Assembly: GCA_002269645.1 (NCBI GenBank)
Contig: NIVC01000029.1
Location: 434,001 to 498,000 of the forward strand
DNA: 64,000 nucleotides
Source of the DNA: Macrostomum lignano
Taxonomy: Eukaryota
Direction of reading: 5' to 3'
Shown here: one piece after another, positions 29,721-41,814 of the stretch
Position numbering within the stretch: the stretch's first letter is position 1
Layout: each line of letters begins with the position of its first letter
The notes under the pieces: generated by a model
Databases searched by the model: none
Told to the model about the DNA's origin: nothing
The model's input: the letters and a program-made list of their open reading frames with translations, nothing else
Position numbers and translations under genes: made by a program

Positions 29721-30924
29721 GGAATTTGTGGCTAGCAGCTACCTAAGGGCGAGTTAAGAGCCAAAAGTCTATGAAAGGAGGAATTTGAGGAGGAAACACA
29801 AAAAGCCAAATTCAGATATTATTTGGATACAGAAAATTAAACAAAGAATAAAGACTAAATAAGTATCATTATTTGTCATTAAAATATTGCCTTGGGAAGC
29901 TTTGTTTCTTTTTTGTGCTATAGGCAGTGGGTGCCAGTGGCACAACTAGGGGGGAGGGAGCAGTTGCAGTTGTCCCCATTTAGGTGGAAATCAGAAAAAA
30001 TTAAAGTGGGGACCAACTGAATTTTGGCCAAAATACAAATCTATCCTTTATTTTCCTAAGTTCCCTTTGGGTCATAACCTTCCTAAACTCACCTTCTTGC
30101 CTAGGGATGCTATAGCATCTTTATTTAAATTATATCCTTGATAAATTATACCTTAGATGCAATTTTGTGTCCTAGTTCTATCAAAAAAACTTTAGACTAG
30201 GCCCTATGTACTAAGGATGCTATACTATATTAATATATAATATCCTAATTTTCCAAATTACATTATTGGATTAATTGTATTAATCTTCCATTTTTATCAA
30301 AGGTGAAGTATGTCTCTCACAAAAGCAATTTGTTTCCAAAACATATATCACCAAAATGACTTAGCAAATGTATAGTGTTTTGGAATAGCTTTATTTATAG
30401 CCTTCTCTGCATCCCAAGAATAGAGAGGCTACATTTAGCCATAACAGTTTTTAGGAGAAAAATTTTAACCACTGCCCTCTGTACAGGCAAACTCTGCAGC
30501 AGTTTAATATTAGATGGCAATTGGCAAATCAATGCAATCTAGCATGGTTTTTAAAAGTGAAAGATTTATGAAAAGGCGATGCAATACAATACAACCCTAC
30601 TAAATTAGTCACACCATGGAAATTTTAAGTTTCTCATAAAGGTACTTTAAAATTTAAATAGCCTCCTAAAAAATGGGTGTTTCTTTGGTTGTTAGACTGA
30701 TGCAGACTGCAGTTGAACTGAAGATACAAAAATTCTTTTCAATTCTGCAAATTGGCAAGAAAGATGACATTGATCAAAGCACAAGAACAACCATGAGAGT
30801 ACTATGTCCCGCAAACTGGCTTTCCAAGCAGGGATGGGCAGACTTTTACCTCAAAGGCCAGATAAAGAATCCAGCTCATGGCTGGGGGGCAGATAAGAGT
30901 GAAAAGAAGGAATAGACTATTCGA

Positions 30925-32030
<1,106 letters not shown>

Positions 32031-33668
32031 TAGGGAGAGTCAGAGACAGAGGCCAGAGTTTGCCAATACATGTTTTAGAGTCAGCCAGACATTGCCTAAC
32101 ATTCTGTGCAGCACCCCAGCCAACAAGATCAATGTTTGTCTCAAATTCTAATTTTACACGAATGTGTTCCATTTTATGTTTACCTTTACCCTAACTATTA
32201 ACAAGTTTTTGTTTGAGTATGACTTTAGATTTTAGAATACATGCAAAAATAGTTCTGGGATTGGAATTTCCTGGGTTCAAAATCTGCAGGTTTCAACAGC
32301 TTGTTAGGCCTATATATACAAATAGGCCTATAGGCTTTATATACAAATATTATTATTTGATATTAGGCCCTATGAACTTTAAAAAATTAAATATTAGTTT
32401 TTATATAGTATTTTATAATGTTTTTTACCTAATAAGAATGGCTAGATAGATTGTAAAAATTATATTTTTATAGACAAAAAAGTAGCAAAAATAGTAGCAA
32501 GTAGCAATAAATAAAATGACTATCAATCTATAGCTAGACCTGATAAAAACATGATTATATTTTTAAATTGTAAGGTATTTTATTTTTAGGCTCATTTTAA
32601 GCTTTTGATAAATTTTAAATGGAGCTTAGCCCTAGGCTAGGCATAGGCCTTATTTTACTTTTATTTTTATTTAAGTCTTTTCAACTTAGTATTAGACTTC
32701 ATAATGAACTAAAAACAGTTAAAAACATTAAAATTTATATATACAACTTATTTTATAAGACCAAATGTTTCTAAAAACATACTTATTTATCTTAAATAGG
32801 CCTATTAATCATTAATAATACTAGTCCTTTGGCTATTGCAGCCATAGTCTAGACTGCCAAATACCACTAGTATGTCATACTGTGTCTGCATTGCTAGAGG
32901 TAAATCTGCAATAGATAGTCTGCAATAATGGTGATTGGCTACAATAAGGAATACTAGAAAGTCTAATTGTATATAATAAACTTTAATGACAAGCAACCAA
33001 GTAGCAAGTAATATTATAAATTTAGTAATATTTATTAATAAAGGCCTAATATTATTGTCTTAGGAAGTAAAGCCTAGTTTGCTATATTTTTATTAGCAAT
33101 GGTTATTTGTATTGTATATATACAAATATCTATACATTTGTATATATAGTCCATCCAACTATACTAAATGTCTAAGATTTTCTTGTACATCTATATTTAT
33201 AGTGTTAGCAAGAAAAGGATGAATAAACTTAAAAAGTTTCCATATAATATCAGATAGAATCGATATTTTGGATTAGGTAAAGATTATTGCTTAAATTTGG
33301 ATCATACATATGCACCCCCCCCCCTAGATTTACACTGGCCATGCAACTTACTTTTTGACCAAAATTTGACTTACCTGTGAAAGAAACCCAAAGTGAAAAT
33401 TAATGGAAATTTACATAAATGGCAGGAGTAACTATGACTGTCTTATTAAAGCTAAATGCCTCGTCATCTAATTAGTACTACGTCTTTTGGGTGGGCATTT
33501 TTGTGACTTACCCCTCCCTGGTCTACCACAATTGTGGCCAGATCGGTCAGGTCGACCAGTAGTTGTGCATGTATGATATTTTGGATCCCATTGCCTCTAA
33601 TAGTATAATTCCTCCTGTTTTGTACAGTGACCCATGTATAGCTTACAATATTTGATGTCATTATTTTC

Positions 33669-36600
33669 ATGAAGCCAACACAAGCAATGAGCGGCAGCTT
33701 AGCAGCTGACGCTAACAATCCACAGGCTAAGACGCCTCAGTCATCAACATTTAAGCAACGTCGTTCAGCTGTCAATCAATCAAATCTCAGTCTATCTGAT
33801 TCTGTTAAAAAGTCGAAAAAACGCAATTCCATGGCTAAAGCTGGCCCAGTGCCAAAGATGAGCTACGCCATGGCTTTGAAACATATTGTTGGCCCGATGC
33901 CAAGGGGTGCAGCTGATTCTAATCAGCCAGACCCAGCTTGGCTACACCAGCGACAGAAACGGCCGCGCCAGCAGCAGCAGCCGCCTAGAAAGAAGGCTTC
34001 TCGCCGATCCAGCATTCGAGTTCGAGGACGCGGACCGAACGATGCAGCTCGAACTCCAGTTGCTATTCGTCAGGCTGGCGCAATGTCTACTGGCCACGCT
34101 CTGTCGCCTCCAACTTTGATTGTTGGCTCAAAGCAGCCGGCTAAGCAGCAGACAAAGCAGAAACTCTCAATAGTTGCTAGGGAACCTAACGTGACCCCTA
34201 CTGATGCCGCTGGTACTAATACTACTAATGCTAGTAGTAAAACACCGCCTCCACCAACTCCGGCTTCGATATTGAACAAAAAGAAACGAATGACTTGGGC
34301 TCAACAGTTGCACTCGCCTGCGGCTAAGCCGCCTCAAAGCGATCCCGCCGAACCTCCGCCAAATTCGGCGCTGAGAAAGTCGATCCTAGTTCGACGAGCA
34401 GTGATGGGAGCCGCTGCGAAAGCTTCTAAGCAACGTGCCGATGACGGGCCTGATATTAATAATAAGTCTCCCGTTGTTATTAAAGTTAATAAAACACCGA
34501 TTGCTACTGCTAGTAGTAATCAGTCTACAAGCTCGTCGGTTTCTATGCTAACTATGGCGCCAATTGTTGTTGCTAATACGCCAGACAGGGCTGCTGTAAC
34601 TGCTGCCGGCAATGAGTCAACTGCACCAGCGGCTGATAATAAACGCCGACGTTCCTCTGTAGCGGCCGCTAAATCGTTGAGAAAGTCGAAATCTATTGGC
34701 AAGGTATGTTGAAGTATTATAAATACTTATCAGGTTTAGGAGCGGGAAGATTTATTTAGACACAGATGATCCCATCTTAAAATAAGTACCTGGATAATTC
34801 TGCTCGAAATTTAGTGTTTCATCAATAGATCGCAACTGTTTCCACTAAGATATAATTTAATAGCCTTAGACAATTCCAATCCTCAATTCAATACCCCTTA
34901 AAGCTTTCTAAGAGTGAACTAATCCATGAATTCTGTTCTAGAACTATATTACCCCTAAGATAATCCCGTCAGAGATTTGATATTCTTAAAGAATTCCCTT
35001 CGAAATTTATTACTCCCGAGAGAATTCCATCCTAGATTTATCACTCCTAGAGATTCCCTCCTAGTTTATTAGTCCTAGAAAATCCCCGCCTAGTTTATTA
35101 GTCCTAGAAAATCCTTGCCTAGTTTATTAGTCTTAGAAAATCCCCGCCTAGTTTATTAGTCCTAGAAAATCCCCGCCTAGTTTATTAGTCTTAGAAAATC
35201 CCCGCCTAGTTTATTAGTCTTAGAAAATCCCCGCCTAGTTTATTAGTCCTAGAAAATCCCCGCCTAGTTTATTAGTCCTAGAAAATCCCCGCCTAGTTTA
35301 TTAGTCCTAGAAAATCCTTGCCTAGTTTATTAGTCCTAGAAAATCCTTGCCTAGTTTATTAGTCCTAGTAAATCCTTGCCTAGTTTATTAGTCCTAGAAA
35401 ATCCCCGCCTAGTTTATTAGTCTTAGAAAATCGCCGCCTAGTTTATTAGTCTTAGAAAATCCCCGCCTAGTTTATTAGTCTTAGAAAATCCCCGCCTAGT
35501 TTATTAGTCCTAGAAAATCCCCGCCTAGTTTATTAGTCCTAGAAAATCCCCGCCTAGTTTATTAGTCCTAGAAAATCCCCGCCTAGTTTATTAGTCCTAG
35601 AAAATCCTTGCCTAGTTTATTAGTCCTAGAAAATCCTTGCCTAGTTTATTAGTCCTAGAAAATCCCCGCCTAGTTTATTAGTCTTAGAAAATCGCCGCCT
35701 AGTTTATTAGTCCTAGAAAATCCTTGCCTAGTTTATTAGTCCTAGAAAATCCTTGCCTAGTTTATTAGTCCTAGAAAATCCCCGCCTAGTTTATTAGTCT
35801 TAGAAAATCGCCGCCTAGTTTATTAGTCTTAGAAAATCGCCGCCTAGTTTATTAGTCTTAGAAAATCGCCGCCTAGTTTATTAGTCTTAGAAAATCGCCG
35901 CCTAGTTTATTAGTCTTAGAAAATCGCCGCCTAGTTTATTAGTCCTAGAAAATCCCCGCCTAGTTTATTAGTCTTAGAAAATCCCCGCCTAGTTTATTAG
36001 TCCTAGAAAATCCCCGCCTAGTTTATTAGTCCTAGAAAATCCCCGCCTAGTTTATTAGTCTTAGAAAATCGCCGCCTAGTTTATTAGTCCTAGAAAATCC
36101 TTGCCTAGTTTATTAGTCCTAGAAAATCCTTGCCTAGTTTATTAGTCCTAGAAAATCCTTGCCTAGTTTATTAGTCCTAGAAAATCCTTGCCTAGTTTAT
36201 TAGTCCTAGAAAATCCTTGCCTAGTTTATTAGTCTTAGAAAATCGCCGCCTAGTTTATTAGTCCTAGAAAATCCCCGCCTATTTAATACTCCTACCTACA
36301 GAATTCCCTCCTTTTTTATTACCCCGGAGAGCATTCCCGAGACTTAATATCCCGATAGAATTAATACCCTCTAAAAATTCCATCTGAGAATTATTACCCC
36401 CTAGAAAATACCCTCCAAGATTTAATACTTCATGAAGGATATATTGCGAGATTTACTGCTCACTAAGAGTTTTTACGAGTAGTGGTTTATTACCCCAATA
36501 ATTTTTTCTCCTGATCTCGCAGGCCCAGCCGAAGATGACCTACGCCATGGCTTTGCAACGCGTCGCCGGGCCAATGCCCCGCAGCGCTATGGCTTCCACC

Positions 36601-39600
36601 ACCGCTGCCGTCAGAATTAGGACTAAGCAATATCAACAGCAAAAACGTCGCTCAAAAAAGCAGCAGCCTCAACAAGCCGGTAAACGGCCTGGGCCGCCCA
36701 TGTCGACGCTAGAACAACCGACCGCCCCGCCGCCGGCTAAACTGCCTCGACTGTCGGCGACCACGGCATCGACAGCAACAACTAGCGATTCCGGAGCTGA
36801 GGAATCAGCGACTAAGCAGCAACGGCCAGTAGGAGGAGGTCCACGACGAGGCAAAACAACCGGCGTTTTGGCACGCTCGAAAAGTCTGGCAACTAGCGGA
36901 CATCTGGCTGCTGCGGCTCACGCGTCTCGCCCTGCCGCTTTGGTTGTTTCGCATCTGCGTAAATCTGTTGATAGCGGGGTTAGTCAGGTGGTCGTTAAGA
37001 CGCCTCGGGATAAGACGCCTGCCAAGGTACCTGTGGAGAAGACACCCGCCAAGACACCACGGGACAAGACGCTAGCCAGGACACCCCGAGACAAGACACC
37101 TGCCAGGACACCCCAGGACACGACGCCTGCCAAGACAACCCGGGACAAGACACCTGCCAGGACACCCCGGGACAAGACACCTGCCAGGACACCCCGGGAC
37201 AAGACACCTGCCAGGACACCCCGGGACAGGACGCCCGCCAAGACACCTGGCGAGAAGACGCCCGCCAAGACACCTGGCGAGAAGACGCCCGCCAAGACAC
37301 CTGGCGAGAAGACGCCCGCCAAGACACCTGGCGAGAAGACGCCCGCCAAGACACCTGGCGAGAAGACGCCCGTCAAGACACCTGGCGAGAAGACGCCCGC
37401 CAAGACACCTGGCGAGAAGACGCCCGATAAGACACCTCGGAACAAGACGCCCGTCAAGACACCTGCTGCGATGGCATCAAGGGACAAGACGCCTTCCAAG
37501 ACACCTAGCGAAAAGACGCCCGCCAAGACACCTAGCGAAAAGACACCCCGGGACAAGACGCCTGCCAAGATATCAGGCGAGAAGACGCCCGCCACAACAC
37601 CTGCTGAGATGGCACCCAGGGACAAGACGCCTGCCAAGGTACCTGGGAAGAAGACCCCCGCCAAGATACCTAGCGAGAAGACACCCCGAGACAAGACGCC
37701 CGCCAAGACACCTGGCGAGAAGACGCCCGCGACAACACCGTCTGCGATGGCACCCAGAGACAAGACGCCTGCCAAGACACCCCGCGACAAGACGCCCGCC
37801 AAGACACCTGGCGAGAAGACACCCCGCGACAAGACGCCCGCCAATACACCTGGCGAGAAGACACCCCGAGACAAGACGCCCGCCAAGACACCTGGCGAGA
37901 AGACACCCCGCGACAAGACGCCCGCCAAGACACCTGGCGAGAAGACACCCCGCGACAAGACGCCCGCCAAGACACCTGGCGAGAAGACACCCCGCGACAA
38001 GACGCCCGCCAAGACACCTGGCGAGAAGACACCCCGAGACAAGACGCCCGCCAAGACACCTGGCGAGAAGACACCCCGAGACAAGACGCCCGCCAAGACA
38101 CCTGGCGAGAAGACGCCCGCGACAACACCGTCTGCGATGGCACCCAGAGACAAGACGCCTGCCAAGACACCCCGCGACAAGACGCCCGCCAAGACACCTG
38201 GCGAGAAGACACCCCGCGACAAGACGCCCGCCAATACACCTGGCGAGAAGACACCCCGCGACAAGACGCCCGCCAAGACACCTGGCGAGAAGACACCCCG
38301 AGACAAGACGCCCGCCAAGACACCTGGCGAGAAGACACCCCGCGACAAGACGCCCGCCAAGACACCTGGCGAGAAGACACCCCGAGACAAGACGCCCACA
38401 AAGACACCTGAGCACAATAATACGCTCTCCAAGTCACAGTCTGCCAGCACTAGTAAAGCGGTCGCAAACACAGCCGACACCCTCGCCGTCCCTGAAAAGC
38501 CGGCCAATCGTCAGGGACGAAGCCGAAAGCGCAAAGCGGCCAGAGATGCAGAGAACTCGCCAGCTGATAAGCAGCATCAGCAACAACGAGTTGCTCCATC
38601 TTCAAACTCGTCGTCTCCTTTGAGACTGTGGAATCCGGCTAATGATCCCGTCGATGAAGTACCGCCTTCAACAAAGACTATGACGAAGAGCAGCAAGCAA
38701 AAAGCTAAAGTAGTTTCTGTCGCTAAGTCGGTTAAATCGACAAAAACTCGCACGAACAGCAAGGCCGTTGCTAAGGACGCTATTGATTCGGAATCTGAAG
38801 TTGTTGGCAAGGCCAATTCAACCGTCGTCAAGAAAAATTCGCGTCAAAAACGACCCGTCGGCAAGAAACCGATTGTCGGAGAACTGGCTCAACCAGCGCT
38901 TGGCAATTCGACGCGTCAAGCCGCTACGGTTGCTATGGACGCTATTTATAATGCTGCCGGTTCAAAGCATACGATTGCCATGGCAACCAACACGGCTCCT
39001 ACTAAAAATAATTCGCGTCGTAAAGCGGTTGCTAAGCAACCGAGAGAGCCGGTTGTTGCTGATGTCGAAGAGTCGATTGCTAAGATCGCAGTGGTTGCTA
39101 ACGAAATCCAATCATCTGATACCGTCACTAAAGCTAATAATAATAAGCGTCTTCGCAAGCCAATAAGCACTGAAGACAAGACTTCTTTGGCTGAGGTTGC
39201 TAAGGACGCTACAAGGTCCAGTCGAGCCATTCCAGCGGCGGAACTCGCTGCTCAGCCTGAAATCGTCGAGTCGGTCGTCGAAGACGCCCCGGTTGGTCGT
39301 CGAAAGCGACGGGCGGCAGCGCCGTCTACGAAGACGGCGGCGTCGAAAAAGTCCCGCCGCAGCGCCGCTAGTAAGACCAACGAGATTGCTGTAGAATCAA
39401 GGGAGCCGATTGTTACTAAGGAGGTCGTTGTCAAGGAGACGGTTACACGCGGCCGCGCCAAGCGAGCCATGACTGTTGCAGACGATACGGAATCGCCAGC
39501 TAAGAAGCCGCGTCGCGGCGCAGCCAGAAAAGCAGCTCCTGTTGCTAAGGAAGCTCCAATTGATGCAGAAGCTCCTGTTGCTAAGGAAGCTTCAATTGAT

Positions 39601-40368
39601 GCAGAAGCTCCTGTTGCTAAGAGGGCTCCAGCTGCTAAAAAAGCGGCTGCTACTAAGGTACCTCCTACGATCGAAAAAGCTCCTGTTACTGAGGAACCTT
39701 CCGTTGCTAGGAGGGCTCATGCCACACGTAGGGCGGTTGCTAAGGAAGCTCCTGTTTCTGGGGAACCTTCCGTTGCTAAGAGGGCTCCTGCTACAAGGAG
39801 GGCAGTGGCTGCTAAGGAAGCTGCTGTTGCTGTGGAAACTTCTATTGCTAAGAGAGCTCCGGCTACGCGAAGGGCTATGGTTGCTAAGGAAGCTTCTGTC
39901 ACTAAGGTCAATACTGTTTCAAAGCAGTCTCCGGTTGCTAAAAATGTCACTAGTGCCAAGAAAGCTCCCGTCACTAAGAAAGCTGCCGTTGCTAAGGAAG
40001 CTCCCGTCACTAAGAAAGCTGCCGTTGCTAAGGAAGCTCCCGTCACTAAGAAAGCTGCCGTTGCTAAGGAAGCTCCCGCCACTAAGAAAGCTGCCGTTGC
40101 TAAGGAAGCTCCCGTCACTAAGAAAGCTGCCGTTGCTAAGGAAGCTCCCGTCACTAAGAAAGCTGCCGTTGCTAAGGAAGCTCCCGTCACTAAGAAAGCG
40201 GCTGTTTCTAAGAAAGCCGCCGTCACTAAGAAAGCCGCCGTCGCTAAGGAAGCTCCCGTTGCTATGCCAGCTGTTCGAGCTAAACGAGCCGCTGCCAAAG
40301 TCGCAGAGGAGGCCATTATAGTTTCAGCTGAGGCTAGAGTGACGACCAGACGCGGCGGTCGGAAATAA
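33669..40368 (+). CDS. Large basic disordered protein (about 1626 aa) with Ki-67/RepoMan-like motifs, KTP repeats and an H1-like Ala/Lys tail
   Basis: Exon 33669-34703 (AAG|GTATGT) joins exon 36523-40368 (CGCAG|GCC) in phase 0. Motifs STGHALSPPTLIVG and SILNKKKRMTW...PPNSALRKS; (KTPAKTPGEKTPRD)n; (KKAAVAKEAPVT)n. The gene model is solid; the family assignment is inference. Confidence 0.85.
35040..36290. repeat. 29-bp minisatellite in the intron of the Ki-67-like gene
   Basis: Unit TAGAAAATCCCCGCCTAGTTTATTAGTCC, about 43 copies. Confidence 0.95.
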
Positions 40369-41814
40369 ACAGCTACTAACAGTTACCATGGACTCGTTGA
40401 GTTGCTAAGGACACGACTATAATAGCGTTCAATCTATTAATCTGTTATTATATGATTAAGTGTATTGTTTGTAACTATTATCTAAACGCTGTGCTCTTAT
40501 TTATATTGGATGTTGTGAATAATTAATATGCACGATACTTCAAATGCTTATATTATTAGCTTGTTACCTATTAACTATGTGCGCTTATTAGTATTTTAGC
40601 CTCTCATTGTATTTACTAACTTGTATTTATAGCTTTGCCGAAGCTTGTAATCAAATGCTCTTATTTGCATTTTTTCTTTGTCTAGGCATTTTAGCTAACT
40701 AAAAAACACACAAGGTGCAAAACTCAAACTATTTTGTAATTTTTTTATTCAGCTCAATTATACTCGCTTGTCAGTCTCTTTCCCAAAGTCAGCATTTCTC
40801 TAGTTTATTAATTTAATTTATTTACGTTTCTTCTAACCTAACAAACGATTTGCTCATATTTTTGCTATTAACTTTTTTACTGCCTTATAGTTTTATATTT
40901 ATTTTTCTGCTAAAATCAGCTGTACCCTACTGATATAAGTAGTGCAGCTCGGTAGGATGGCAATCTTTGATAAGTGTAAGTTTCTTCAATTAGTGATTTG
41001 CATTGTTTCTTTGTTAGGTATTGAATTTATTAATTTTTATTTTTAACCACCGTCATACTATTTATAATCCTTCAAAATTACTAATACTGCTATTAGTAAG
41101 CCGTGCGTTGATTCCGTTTTTATACGAGTATATAAACTAATGTGGCAGCAGTTTATTATTTTTTTTAATATAGCATCAAAATGATTTTGTTATTTATGTA
41201 AACTATGCAAAATTATACTTTATTATTATTCAGCAGCTATAGCTTATAATCCATTATTACAATTTTTCATTATATTTTAGTGAATAAAAACTGTAATGTC
41301 TGTAATCGATGACGAGCTTATTTATTTCGATTGTTATTTATTTTTGTAAGAATAGCGCGTGTAAATAAAATGATTAACAAGTTTAAATGATATTTAGCTA
41401 GCATGTGTAAGCGGTAATGAACACTTATTAGACATTAAAACTAATTTTAGTCAAAATATGTATATAAAGATACAAACTTTTCAAAAGGGCGTATTAAAAA
41501 TATCAGTTTTTCATAATTTTGATTTAGAACGATTTACCCTAGGTACAGGTTTACTGTTATGAAGTTCTATAGCAAAACAATAGAAATTTTAGTGGAAAAT
41601 CTCGAAATTTTGTAATGAAGAATTTAAAAAAATCAATTTTTTCGATGGAAACATCCCGGTTGCTAAGGCATCCGACTTCGCTAAAAAAAACTAAAGTGAC
41701 ATTTAATGTAGGTTTTTGTTTTTGTATAAAAATAGCATTTGAAGTAAACCTTTCTGGTTTTTATTCATAGTTAATTATCGGAGTGAAAAAGATCCCAGTT
41801 GCACTCGCCTTAAG

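Noticed and set aside
28850-30915. ORFs 28850..29194 and 30673..30915 as genes, or as an FHA exon for the Ki-67-like gene
   Set aside because: No recognisable domain; they overlap transposon-derived sequence and lack convincing splice signals.
36984-38507. 507-aa antisense ORF with (GVFSPGVLA)n
   Set aside because: It mirrors the sense-strand KTP coding repeat and has no independent splice or start support.
41659-41672. X-box-like GTTGCTAAGGCATC (also GTTACCATGGACTC near 40382)
   Set aside because: Imperfect matches lying between the 3' ends of convergent genes, not near a promoter.
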